DNA from: Ptychomitrium polyphyllum
Taxonomy: Eukaryota
Assembly: GCA_973851085.1 (NCBI GenBank)
Contig: OZ316775.1
Span: forward strand, 18,414,001 to 18,478,000
Reading direction: 5' to 3'
Length of the DNA: 64,000 bases
The notes beneath the pieces are model-generated. The model made no database searches, was not told the origin of the DNA, and saw nothing but the letters and a program-made list of their open reading frames with translations. This document shows positions 1-13,572 of the stretch, piece by piece (positions within the stretch are counted from its first letter, which is position 1; every line of letters begins with the position of its first letter). The position numbers and the translations under genes are program-made.

Positions 1-1484
1 CAGCCCTGTTGACTTCGTAATCTGGCCAGAGTACAAGTGACGTTATCGAGGTTAAAAAGATATAGACACACCCACAATGATACCACCACTCCGAACTTTG
101 TTGAGGTGCTGTTGACCAAAATCGCCTAAAGCATCTTTGTCACTCAAGCCTAGAATCTCTGGTGGTGATTAGAATAAGTGGTAGATGTGAATTCGATTGC
201 TCAAAAAAAGGAGGAAAATGGTGGGTCACTTTAGCTTCAAAGACTGCCCTCTTGGAGGCGACTTCTGCCGCCTTGTGGTTGCTTGAATCTTTGTCCTTGT
301 GTTAACACAAGTGTCCATCACTTTTGAACTTTGCAGATGGCTAACATTCCGGTAACGTCAGGAGCTTTCTACAATACCTCTCAGAAGCATCTAGAGGGAT
401 CTATCCATTGACATCAAAGAGGACATTTCACATGCTCCTTCTCTTAGATTAGGATGCTTCACGGGTGTGAAGTTGACTAGGGTAAGTTTTGATTAGAGTG
501 GCAGACACTCTTGCAGTGAGCCGGACAGTCCTTTGCTGTAGGCAGTACAGCAGAGGACCTCAATGTAGGCAGTACCTTGCTGTAGAAGAGAGACTGACTC
601 TCTTGGTAGCTTGGGATATGGGTCACCTAAACACACTCAAGATGCATACACCAAGATACGGAAGAAAGCAGTTTAAGATGAACCTTGATGCATGTCAGTT
701 GATTGCAGAGCTCGGTGGTGCACAGCGCGTGCTGGGGTGTTGCAGCTGGTAATTGGATTAACATGGTGGTAAGTACGCATCCAAGTCATTTCTCCATTTC
801 TTGGAGCTCCTGCAGTGATCAATGTTTTCAAGATCAACTCGAGGTTAGGATGCACTTTCATTCTTGTTGTGTATAAAGATTTTGGTGGCTTCTTTGTTAA
901 AGAACAAACTGGACTTCTTGGTAACTCGGCCAGCGCCAGAGTTCAGAGGACAATTCGCTGTTTGTGTGTCGTTGGAGATTCTTGAAGCGTGACGGAAGGA
1001 ATTCCCCTTCATGTCAATCTCTGCATGAACTACTTAGCACAGAAATTGCTGTTAACTATTCATATAGCAATGCCATCTTTTGTTCACTATTACAGTTACG
1101 TGAACTGGTGAGATATGTGATTCCTGATATGAATCCCTGCAAACATAAATTCTGACAAAAACATTACTTTTTGCAGCTGCTCAGAGCAACCATGGAGCAG
1201 CAAGAAACAATTATAGCGTATGCAAGACAGTTCCATTCTCAGCAGCGAAAATTCGGTGGCCTCAACCTGACGAGTATGTAGCTATAGCTTCTCGAGCTCA
1301 AAGCGGTACATCAAAACAGAGTTCCGGCTTTGTAACCCGTTTGAGTAGATTACAAGTGGTTCAGTTTTTGAATAGCCATTCAGTTTCTGACTTTCCCTCA
1401 GCTCCGTCTAACAAAACTAATCCTCCTCTGAACCTCCTATCAACCCAAGTCAATACCCTCAGTCATACAATCAAGACACTAGTC

Positions 1485-2452
1485 ATGCACCCTAACTTGG
1501 TGTACACTCTCAAATCGATACTGTCTCCGCACATCTCAGCAGCATTTGAGAACATAGGCACTTCAGAAGACAGCAGGCGTGCACAATCTGATAACTCTCA
1601 GCCATCAGAGCTGGCCGAGACGCAAGGGTCCGAGCAAAGGAACAGTACTCTCAGGTTAACGCAGTGTAGTGGAAAAGTTTCACCTGAAAGCAGCGCTTCA
1701 CGACCAAGCTGTGACGGAAGTCTTCAGTAGGTCTCGTCACATTTTTTATTTTTTTCAATTCTCTATTGCCATAGAAAGAGATGATGTCTGCTGGTTCGAA
1801 ATGCAGAGTTGCTGAAGTATGAGATATTGTTGCAATAGGTTGCCGTAGTCATTCCAGTGGACTTGATTCAGAACAGATGGCCATACCAGTGCGCATTCAC
1901 GGGGTGCCAGAGGACGTTCAAGAACCCGCAGACGATGAGAATGCACCACAAGACACACTTCGGTGGAGCGGAAGCGGCATTCCACGCCGGTATTTCATCC
2001 CAAGCCAGCTCTCCTCTCAAAGCAGGGCACAACAAGAAGATCCCCTCGCGCTGCCCGACCTGCAACAAGACGTTTGTCGGGCTGTACGAGCTCCGGAGAC
2101 ACTACGGCAGAATGCAGTCTGCGGGAGAGAAGACACACTCGTGCCGCAAGTGTGGCAAGCGGTTCGACATCGCGGTGGATGTGCGCGATCATGAGAAGCT
2201 CTGCGGATCAGAGCTTCTCGTCTGTCTCTGTGGACTGAAGTTCGCCTTCAAGTGCAACCGCGTCGCGCACATGCGAAGTCACCCTCACTGGCACCAGGGA
2301 GCAACGATGGGAAAGAATCGGCTGCAACTCTCAATTCACGATCAGGTGATATGGAACCCCAAAACCCTCTTCAATCGCAATATCCTCTTTCTTCGGTTTT
2401 GGGTATGCAACCCATAGTAATCTCGTCTGCTTTTTCGAGAGAGTATCGATAA
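1485..2452 (+). pseudogene. C2H2 zinc-finger transcription factor (WIP/STOP1/IDD-like finger array), probably disabled
   Basis: ORF 1857-2417 has CAFTGC..FKNPQTMRMHHKTH, CPTCNKTF..LYELRRHYGRMQ, CRKCGKRF..DVRDHEKLC and CLCGLKFAFKCNRVAH. An upstream exon from ATG 1485 and a phase-0 GT..AG intron 1731-1838 leave an in-frame TAG at 1728-1730. Finger 2 lacks its last His. Probable 1-nt frameshift near 2290. Confidence 0.7.
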
Positions 2453-5272
2453 GCATCACAGCTTTTCAAGATGCTCTCCTTTAACATCCCCGTGATCAAT
2501 CGCACCAGTTGATCGCATTAGTATCACATTGGAATTCGCGAGGTATAATTAAATATACTGGGTGACATCATCTTCCCAGACTGAGTCCTTATTTTGTGAA
2601 TGCTCGCTATCTGCTTGGCTTCAGCCTAAGAGTTTGTATTTTATTGCTGCAGGTTCAGGGTGAGAAATTTCTCAGAGATGGTGGGAGCTCTGGATGCCTC
2701 GCCTAACACCACCGTTGCTGCTTCTGCTTTCGTACCTGCGAGGCCACAGTCATTGTGGGGTTTCAATTCAAGTAGTTCGATGTTGGTTCACCGATGTTCT
2801 TCCCTTCCCGCAGGCCTGCTGTAAGGTGATTCATACATAAAATTCCCCTTCGTTCGTTATATTCTTGCTGCTTTGTCCAGCTGTGCTCACCAGGTGCCGC
2901 AATGGCCGAGTGATTGATCATTTTGACCGCTCCTCAGAGCTCTACTTTGAATGACTCGATGTCGATGCTTGGTGTGAGCATATACCGTAGCTGTATTTAC
3001 GCATAATGTTTGTGTTTAGTTTTGCTTCTGCAAGATAGTGAGGATGTCGAAATATGGAGACAACGTTTCATGCATGGCAAGGCAGATTCTTGTCATCGGT
3101 TACATGTATGAGGCTTGATCACGAAATGAAGCTTGGAAACAATCAGATATGGAGTAGGAAAGAAATTTAATTCGAGCTAGTTATCACGAATCTATGAATG
3201 TTCTCCCACAAAAACAGAGGACGGTGTATAATTTCTGCAAATTGTTCTTGGACTCTAGCAAGAATGTTGCTCAACTTAGTTATTACCTGTACGATAAATC
3301 TCGTCTTGTGCGTCTTGAAATTTAAGCAAGATTAATGTTGCTGAGGGTGAACATTTGAAACGCGTGCAAGCGTTTGCGGATTGTGGAGCTCTTTTATTAC
3401 AGAGTAATCATACCATGTCATCGAAGTTACTATTATTCAAACTTTCAACTGATTGAGGAGTTGAAAATTTCATTTGCGGATACAAACTTTCGTCATGGTA
3501 TCTGTAGTTGATCTTGTAAGCCTCTTGAGATGAAATCCCTTTTATTTTCTGTAACTTGCAAACGGCATTATCTCGTAGTCTCTGCAAAACTACACAACTC
3601 TTTAGGGCTTGTTAAAGTAGAAGGTGGAGTGAGCAGAGAAAGTTCACTTCGTTTATAAGCACAACCCAGCAGTTGATGAAGCATGAAATTTACGTTGAAG
3701 TTGCCTAATCGCATGCCTAGATCGTGAGCAGGTGTAAGAGATTGATCCAACGTATTGTTCAGCAGAAGGTGATTGATTTCCTTAAAAGTGCAAAATTTTC
3801 AAAATAATATGCGAGTCACTGCTCAGTCCGACCAATACAGTAATGCAAATTAAAATGGCACAGATAAACTACGAGATAAGCATGGAACGATGCTCTAATG
3901 CTGAATTCAGTTTCAGCATCCAAAATTCTGTCTTGAAGTCAGTTTCAAGTATTTATATCCTGCTCATGGTATTCTTTAGGTCATTACCTGTGTGGTCGCA
4001 ACCCCCTTCAACATGTAGCAAGTAGCAACAGAGCTTGACCAACCCGGGTTCTTCTCCATAAATGCGGCTGCACCCCACGCAATCATGATTAGCATTGGCA
4101 TCAAGTAATGCAGCTTCTCGATCGAACCATGATAGCTCTGGCATGAATGAATCGTCTCTATGTTTTCTGTCAGTGCCGCTGCACATAAATTTCATCGGCA
4201 GGATGTACATACCCAAGTACGTTGTCCATCATAGGTCGCAACCCATCTTAGACGTACGACTTCATTGGAGCTACGACGCAGCTCGTATTGGTAGACTTAA
4301 CCATCTTCCGCAGCCGCGCCGTGTTAATAAGTTCAAATGCAACAGAACACAATGCCGCAAACTGTCATGAAACACAGTTCTATTTGTACGAATTAGGTCA
4401 TTCAGCTTGTTGTGTTTGTCTTTGTTGCCGCCTACTAGTTTGCTCTGCTGAGACTGGTATCCGGGTCCTTAAGTGATTAGCAATTGGTAAGAGCGTCGCC
4501 GAGATGTGTTGCTGCTAAAGGCTAGAGGGTAGTGATCGTGGGATTTTTTTTCTGCAAGAGGAGATCCACTCTCCATTCATGTGTCTTCCAGTTTGCTTTG
4601 AAGTTCTTCACTGTTCGGGAAGGTCTTCGCACCATCGCTGGTCCATCATGTTGTGTATGGTAGTGTGAGAATAACGTCAAGCATCAGAGTGTACAAAAAA
4701 ACTGCGTTGGAGTCTATTATCCGGTACTACAAGTCTGTACTTCTGGTCGCAAGATTCTCCCGCATAATCTCGTCCAAATTCTATTTAGTTGTCCTTGCAA
4801 CTGATAATATTTACGTAGGCTTCTAGAATTGAAGGCTGAGGCAAGTTGAGCTGCAATATCTGAAACGTCTGCCTTAGACGTTGCTTATGCGTAATTTTTC
4901 AACAGTCTCTACTACGTGGAATCCAAAGCTGATTGTCTTCCGCATCTTTGTTGCCCATCTGGACAGCCCTACTTCCTAAGGTGAGTAACCAAAAACTATG
5001 AGCCTCTTGCTAACTTGTCATTACCTGGTCAAAGCTTTTTGTATTCAGCCATCGACTTTGCAAGTATTAGTTCCTGCAGAACTTTTCTGCCAGTCACAAT
5101 ATTCTTTGTTTCAGCTTATTTCTTACCCATGTATGACGGAACAAGAGGCTAATTCATGCATGTGAGCTTGGAGTGTGTTCTTAGGCATAAATATTTATTG
5201 CATTTCTTGGATCACTCTGTGCTTACCTTCTTGTGTGCTTTTCTGTTGTGTAGGGACTTCCAAGAACACAAA

Positions 5273-8057
5273 ATGGTTTCGGTCAGAAAAACTGGACGAA
5301 GTCTACCTCGCTCTCCAAGCGTTCACAAGCAACAGCATGTCGAAAGCAATCATCCAGACAAGGAAGTCGATTTCCGAACTGAAGCCGAGGAGAAGCGGAC
5401 TAATTATTCGGAGGAGCAAGGTTGTGACCACGAAGGGCTTGGGAACCTAAATCTGCTTGCTGAATGTTCAGAGGTGCGTATGACCAGCAGCGAAGCCCTT
5501 TCAGTTTCAGCGAAGAAAACTGTAGCGGTGCAGCCTCCAGATGCGATGGCATCGCCGATCAACCATGTGAAGCCCAAACTTGCTCCTGCAGTTTATACTA
5601 ATTCGATGCCAATGTTATCAGCCGTACTGCACTTGCCGGCACCTCACCTCGTATTTCCTCGAGGCTTGTTCTTGCCACCAGCCCAGGTAATGGACCGAGC
5701 TGCTGCTGGGGCTGCTGTAGGACTTCTCGAATTGCGGCAAGCTAAGCGTGGCCCATATGATTGTGAGACCGGGCCATCACCTAAATTTGTGGTTCCACAG
5801 CTGGAGGGGCCAGTAGTCGAACTGCAGCAATGTGGTGTCGGTGAGGAATGTGATGATGTCGATGAAAATGAAAATGGGTTTGCGCTTGATCTCGACTCAA
5901 CCTTGGTTCTTCAAGGAGACAAGGAAGTCTTGAAGAGCAAAGAAGTGTCAGGAGGATGTATGAAGGTGGTTGAAGAATCGCCTTTGATCACATCTCGTGG
6001 GCTTGATTTCGGGAACACGGGAATGAATGATACAATACGCCCTGTGATGACTCGTGATGAGCGTGCGGAGTACACATTTGGCTCAGCCGCAGCTTCCGAA
6101 AGCCACCAGGGAGCTGAACAAGTCTCAAATCGAGGCAGACGTTTTGCTGCGGAAATCATTGCAGAGGACAGATTTTCTGCTGAGATTGGCAATGTAAGTA
6201 TTCCAGCATGCATGTTCTCCATGATGGCTTAGCTCCCTTAGGAATTACAGTTAATTCATCCGTGAGAATGTTGTATGTGTGTTACTGACTTCCCAGTCCT
6301 GCTTTCCAGCCTGTACCGTTTATCAGTTTGTTTTCTGTTTTGTAAAGCATCTATCGAAACAACCTTGTTTTGTAAAGCATCCATAGAAACAACCTTGCTT
6401 TGTAAAGCATCCATGGAAACAACCTTGCTTTGTAAAGCATCCATGGAAACAACCTTGCAAACCATTCTTGACAGCTTAATAGGTAAGCTTAAGGTTGATA
6501 ACATAAACAAATAATAATTTAAACAAGTTAACTCTTCTAAGAAAACTATTTATGTAGTAGTACATTTTAAAGCTTTTACTAACTTGTCTTAGAAATGTGA
6601 CAAAAGATTGTTTCAATTTCAAGTCAAGTTCTTGTTACTTGAAAAGTATGGAAGTTTAAAAGACTATCACTCAATTTAATCCAAGATTAAGAGACTAGTT
6701 TTAAATTTGTAGAAAAATTACAAGAAAATTTTCAATTTCTAGGAATATGAATAGGCTCAAGTTTCATTTAAATCAATGATGGTCTTCAAGTTGTGTGATT
6801 TAAAAATAAGTGTTGATAACATCACGTTTGAATTATAAATTTATTCATATTTTTCCATGTCAATAAATTTGACTAATCACTAAAATATTCTTACGTTCAT
6901 ACTTTTGTGCAGAAAAAGAGAAAAATTGAAGTACAAAAAGCATCTCTTCTATATGCATCACCTTTGAAGAAATCGTCACATTACAATCTTCGATCATCTT
7001 GCACAAATAGTGGTGAGTTGAATAAGCACCATGGTCAAACAATGGAGCGGGAAAGATCATTGTTGGATGCTTTATATTTGCTAGTATTAACAAGTGGGCC
7101 AAAAGGCATTTTGCTAGAAGATCTTATCATCCATCTTCAATACCAATCTCCAGCGGCCTTGTTTGCAAGTGACCAGGAAGCTACAATAGAAAAGCACTTG
7201 AAACAAAATAGTTGTTTTGTTCAAGACCAAGGGTATTATTTTCTAAGTAAAGATCTTGATAACCATTCTTCAAAGACAATCTCTGCTAAGCAAAAGGAGA
7301 AAGTATCACCACATTATACAACAGCTTCTAATCAATATTGTGGTGGAAAGAGCAGTAAGTGTCTATTCTATTTCATTGTTTTTTGGTAGATTTTACATAG
7401 AAGTCCTTTGCATGTATAATAACAAAGTATGGAATTTCCAAAGGTTTTTATTTACTACATACATGTTTCAAATCTCAAATTCTCTTTATTTTCAAACATG
7501 AATTGAATGAAAATTATAAGTTTTTGTATCTTATCTTGTATTACTTTGATAGATTCAATTAGAAGTTTTTCACATTAAAAATAATATGAAATAAGATTTG
7601 CAAAGATTGTATTCATTGTATATCTCAAATTTTTTTTAAATTCATTTTTTAGCATGAAACTGTATAAAGTCCTAACTTCATGATTAAAAAATGTTTACAG
7701 ACTTGAAAATTGTAAAAAAACCAAGCAAAATGAAGACTCTTGAAGAAATTGAAACATCAGCCAGCCAGTGATACACTGCATCACAAATTTAAAAGTCCAA
7801 GGAGTTTGGAGGCCATGCAAGCTAAAATTGTGGAAAATCATGGAGTATTAAAGGGAACAAGACCTTGTTTTAAAAGAAGTAGTTGGAAGAAACAAGGTAT
7901 ATGGCAAGATTGGCAATGTCCTATGATGGTCACTATAGAGGGACAAAAGTATTATAACTACCATCATGGTTTGATGCTAACTTACAAGGCAAATGCTCAG
8001 ACAAAAGCAAAAGTAGATTCTAAGACAGAAGTTATAGTGAAAAACTTTGATGTTTAA
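5273..8057 (+). CDS. Spliced nuclear protein with HARE-HTH-like winged helix (about 7042-7245) and degenerate WRC-like finger (about 7866-7966); last exon out of frame
   Basis: 5'UTR intron 4981-5253 (AG|GTGAGT..TAG). Coding exons 5273-6193 (GTAAGT, phase 0), 6913-7354 (CAG acceptor; GTAAGT, phase 1) and 7701 onward (TTTACAG). KKRK NLS-like motif. SLLDALYLLVLTSGPKGILLEDLIIHLQ..EATIEKHLKQNSCFVQDQGYYFL resembles the HB1/ASXL HARE-HTH. CFKRSSWKK..WQCPMMVTIEGQKYYNYH resembles WRC. Confidence 0.65.
6336..6458 (+). repeat. Intronic minisatellite, 30-bp unit x4 (TGTAAAGCATCCATGGAAACAACCTTGCTT)
   Basis: Head-to-tail units with period 30, no spacers. Confidence 0.95.
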
Positions 8058-8705
8058 TGAGCCACCATTGTATTAAGATTTGGATGTTTATGTTTGGTAT
8101 AAATCTTTGAAATAGGAAATTTTATCTAGTTTATAGTATAATATTTAGTCTTCTAGTTGTTTGGTACAAGATGACTTTGTTTTATTTATGATCATCAACT
8201 TTAAAAGATTATATATAAACTAGTCATTAATTTTGTAAAATGATGCCTTTTATGATCCTTGTTTTGCAATAATAGATTTTTTTTTTAATATTTGTTGTAG
8301 AATTAAATCCCCTTTTCCTTTGGTGATTTATTTGGATAAAGATTTGTACCTGTAAGCTAATTAACTTGTAAACTTTCATTTTCAAATCTTATTTGACATA
8401 ATCATTGTTTTATAAGAAAATTCACTGAATTCATTTTATAAAAGTTTTACTAAGCACAAATGTATATTGACATAAGATATTCTTTTTAAATAATAGGGTA
8501 ATTAAAATATGTAGTTTACTCTTTTAGACTTATAAGTTGTGATGCAATTATCACATTCATGTACAAACTTACAATTTTATTATATTTTAAACAACTTTAA
8601 TTTAAACAACCATGGAATAAAATCCAAAATATGATATTTATTTATGTATTAAATGTCAATATTTTTACAATGAAGATTTTTTGGTATGCATAAAAGGCCT
8701 TATAC

Positions 8706-9549
8706 ATTCATATAATTACACAATTCAAAACATATTGAAGAATTTTCAAAATGCAAAATAAATAAAATCCTTAGAATTCAACAAAGGATTTGTTAGTATG
8801 ACAACTATTATTGGTCCAATGTTAAATAACCAAGTATCACCTTTAGAAGAAATGTCTTCTTTTAATAATGGTTTTAATTCATCTATTAAGTTTTGAATTA
8901 TTTCCAAAGGACTAGCATGTTCAAGTATATATAAGTGTTTTGTGCATTTTAAATAAATTAAAATTTAGAATTTAAAGCATATTTAAGAATTTCATATTGG
9001 ATTTTCAATTAATCATACAATTAAAATTTATTATATTCTATAGCACAAAAAATATTTTTTTATTAATGAATTTTAATAAGATTATATTAATAAAAACATA
9101 TACTTTAACTACCATTTTATACTTAATTTTTATCAATAAGGTAATGATACAAGATATTTCAACCTTATACACTTTATTTTTTTAAATGGTATTTTTTGAA
9201 ACATGAAAATGTAAAAGTAAATAAATTTTTGGACTAAGTATATGTAAAATATGGCATGAGTATGTACATAATATAAGTATAACATTAATTAGTTAATTAG
9301 CAAATGATACTTATAATAGACCACATGGCACATAATGTATTCAAAAGTGTTTTTGAAATTAAACATAACTAAATAATTCATGTTTATACATTTTAATAAG
9401 ATTTAAATCATTGCATACAAACAACTAAAGTATCTTCATAACCTAATAATATTTAATTTCATTGTACGCAATGATTCAAATCTTATCAAAGTGCACAAAT
9501 AAACATTATTTAGTTACATTTTACATGTGAAACATTTTGGAACACCTAA
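8706..9549 (+). repeat. Left arm of 844-bp inverted repeat
   Basis: Reverse complement of 13573-14416. Coordinate sums are 23122 at both ends and at the mirrored identical ORFs 8997-9185(+)/13937-14125(-). No mismatch in the segments checked. Confidence 0.97.
8794..8925 (-). pseudogene. ndhA: Mirror copy of the ndhA NUPT in the left arm
   Basis: Reverse complement of 14197-14328. Confidence 0.8.
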
Positions 9550-12500
9550 CCTATTTCATCTTTGAGATTATTTTGGAACTTTGGATTTTTCCATTATAAT
9601 AAATATGATGATTAATACTTATGGTAGCTTTTGATTGTTTAATAACTTGCAATAATAGATTGCATGAGCAAAAGATGAGCATTCACTTTGAACCAAGAGT
9701 AATGAATAATTGCTTAAAGGCTAAAAATACTAATTAATATTAAAATAAGTACAATTTTTAAACTTTAGAATCCAAATTTAGATTATGTAGAATTTTTTTT
9801 TAGGATATCTAAATATTTTTCTACAATACCTTTAAAATTTTGAAGGTGTTATTATTGGAAGAATTGATTTAATACTTAAAAAGCTTTTAATTATGGAAGT
9901 TTTCTCAGTAGTAAATGCTATTGAATATTTAAAGGGCATAGATAGTCTTTTTTTTTGTTTTGAATGTTATAGCATACATTTGGTGTTTTCATACAAAAAA
10001 AATGCACACAACATCCATTTCGAAAACCTACAAAAATACTAGATTTAATTAAGCTCTTGAAAATATGGACATCATAATCAATCATCATGGCATCAAGACT
10101 TTTAATTGTACACAACAATGATATTATAACAAGAACAAAGTATCCAAAGAATTCAAATACAAACTAATGATTTGAAAATTATTTTTAAACTTTAAAGGGC
10201 CAAAATAAACCATTTCAACACCAAAAGATTTTATTTGGACCCAATACTTTTCAAAAGATTTACAACATGGCATAAATTCTAAAGCACTTTAATAACTTTA
10301 AATTACATTTTAAAATTTTTAATTTTGATTCAATTTTTTTGGCATCAAGTTCCTTTACATGGGCTTGAAATTTTTAAAATCAAATTCCAAATCATACCTA
10401 AAGTACATCAATTCTAATCTATTTATTCAACTCTACTTTTGAAAAAATTTATGATAGGTTGAAAAGCTTGGCACCAAAAGACTTCAATCCTCCTTGACAA
10501 TGTTCAAAAATAACTTTGATGTGGTCAAGAATTCAGTATTTTATAATTTAACTTCATTTTTTTTTAAAAAACTATGAGATAAATTTAATTATTTTGGTGC
10601 CAAAACACTTTAATCCGCTTCTAAATATTTTGATCACACAAGCAATATACTAAGAAATCTTAAGATTTAAAACATTTTTAATACTACTCTTTGTAAATTT
10701 TGTAAAGCAAAACCTATATTGACATACTTTCAATGCTCTTGTTCCCAGATCCATTGCTTTTGATTTAGCATATGGAATGGATGGATCAATGCCAAAAATC
10801 CTCTTTATCTTCTTATGGCATGTATAAAAACATCGGCTTATAAAAAGAATAAAATTTGAAATGCTTTTTAAAGCTTAATTGACAAATTTTGCTTACATAT
10901 GCAAAAAAATGCTCAATAAGAAACCTTTGCTACATCCACTTAGACATTCACAAACCTTGACCTTAAATTGTGCAAATGTTACATAAATAATTCTAATATT
11001 CTTCAAAAGATTTTTTTAATCCTTCTTTCAAAAAACATCCATGTTTGATTACTTAATGAATCAAATTTTATAACAATAAAAATATAAGTCGATGTCATAT
11101 CATATTTTTTATTAATGGCATGAGAATTTTAAATCACTAATCTTGCTACATACTATATTATAAAGTTAATTTTAGGTGCTTTTATTGAAAATTAATAAAA
11201 TCAAAGTAAATTAGTTAACTTGAATAACATTTTTTTAAAATCATTGAATGAAAACATGGTATTGAAATGAAAAATATATATTTTTATAATTTAATTTAAT
11301 TTTCTTATAATCAAACACTAAATTTCATATCCTATCAGAGGTATAGTTTTATTTTAATTAGCTTGAATGTATGAGAAAATTAGTAAATTATATCATCTTT
11401 CCAATGAAAAAAGTAATAAATTAGCTATAATTTATAATTACTAATTTCATAGATGTATTATATAAATCCAAAATTGTCCTGACTATTTTTATTAATATTT
11501 TGAAAAATACAATAATTCTAAATATATTATATTTTAGAGCCTTGAAGTAGAATTTGGGCTACAATATATGGCTACATCATAATATTTTATATTACTTTCT
11601 TGAATTTCTTCATAATATCATAATGTAATAATTGATTTAATAATGAAAATTATTAAATCATTACTTTTGTTAAGATATTACTAATCTATTAAAAAATCTT
11701 TAAATTGAGTTTTTTATTTTTTTAAATAGTATTGTAATTGATAGAAGGCTATATTTTAAGATAGCTATTTAAAATACACTACATATTTTAAAGCATCTTA
11801 AAAAAATCTACATCATGAAAAAATTCTTAATTCTAAATACAATAAATAAGAGTAATAAAACTAAATCATCCTAATTGCATGTGCAAAAGAATGCTAGAAT
11901 TCTTTTAAAAATCCTTTTGAGCTTTTTAGTTGATATTCAAGACTGATTTCTATTCAATATAAATATGGTTTTTTAATATAATTAAGTATTTTGGATTCTT
12001 TACAAATACTTCTAAAATTTCCCAAAATATTTTTTAATGTTTTTTTACATCATCACAACCTTGCACACAAAATTAAAATTACATGCTCAAAAAGTCAAAT
12101 ACGCAATTATGTTATCCTAAAGCAAGAATCCACATTCCTTACAAAAAGTCTTGTACTAGAAGATTGCATTAAGAAATCCATCAAGCACATATATGGATAT
12201 AAAGAATAATAAAAGTATGCTTTTGAACTTTATGCTTGCTTTGATTTTGTCCTTTTAAACAGTGGTGCACTTTGTTGTAGACACCCAAAAAATATTCCTT
12301 CTTCTTACAAATGCATCTTCAAACTTATGATATTTTTGGAATTATTTGCTTATATTTTCCTATTATTTCCTTCTAAAATCAAATATTTTTGCTTAGTTTT
12401 CTCAAAACTCTTAGAAACAAAAACCTTCACATTTTTTAATTTGGTTCATAAAATTTGAAAGTATTATGGAATATATCCATTAAAGAAATTTAGAATTTTT

Positions 12501-13202
12501 TTAATATTTTGTATTTAATGAATATTAATTAAATATTATTCAATTTCTTTGGTTTATTGATTTATTCTTTTACTTATTCAAATTTCTTCTTATTTTATTT
12601 TTCATTGAAAAGAAGAATTGTAAATTACACAAATTTAATTAAAAATACATATCATATAAAAACAAATAAATTTATAATTTTTTTTAATCTACCTTTAATA
12701 GACGTCTAAAATAAATTTATATTTAAAATTAAGGTATTTAAAACTTAATTGGTCATTTATCATGTTAAATTTCAATTAAAATTTTAATGTTACTATTCAA
12801 CTTTTTTCTCATATCAACCTTAAATATTAAAAGGTTATAAATTTTTATTCTTTTTCTATATACTTACAATTTTTTGTATATTTTAAGAACTTTATAAAAA
12901 CTGTAAAATAAACATTCATCATAAATACTCATCTAAACTAAAGAATCCTTTATCAATTTAAAAATCCATTAAAGTTGTTGTTTCCTTGTAAGTAGTGTCT
13001 ATGTACATATAGAAAAATACTAATTAGTGTATACTGGCACTAAGTAGTGTTCTTGAAGATAGAATTTACTATGAAAAATGAAATTATTAAAAATACATAG
13101 AATACATAGTTACAATGGTTTTGGAACCTGGACAAAGAGTTGTATTATAAAATGTGATTAACTAAATAATTTTTACATATATACATATATACGCACATTT
13201 CA

Positions 13203-13210
<8 letters not shown>

Positions 13211-13258
<48 letters not shown>
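13211..13258. repeat. (TA)24 microsatellite
   Basis: Read directly. Confidence 0.98.
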
Positions 13259-13261
<3 letters not shown>

Positions 13262-13572
13262 GTATATATTTTGATTTGAATTTTGAAGAATTTTGAATAT
13301 AATCTTAAGCTATAGGTTTGATAAATATTAGTAGTTTAAATAAATTTAAATTAATCATTTGAAACATAAATTTGTAATAAAATCTCTTTAATACAAAATC
13401 TTCAGTTAAAATCAAATAATAGAGAATAAAACATGTTTATCTTTCTTTTTTTATGGTAAAGTCTATTATGTATAAAAAATCATGCCATAAATATGTATTA
13501 TACAAGTATAAGTGTAATACAATACTAATCAATTTATTAATTAATAGTATTTATAATAAAATTCATAGCATA

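Noticed and set aside
5156..5272. ORF-track N-terminus of the 358-aa ORF
   Set aside because: Mostly intron 4981-5253; ATG 5273 is the better start, and the ORF tail after 6193 is intronic.
6336..6458. 30-bp repeats as a CRISPR array
   Set aside because: Head-to-tail with no unique spacers, inside a spliceosomal intron, no cas genes.
8997..9185. 62-aa ORF duplicated at 13937-14125
   Set aside because: Low-complexity AT-rich ORF with TTG start; duplicated only because it lies in the repeat arm.
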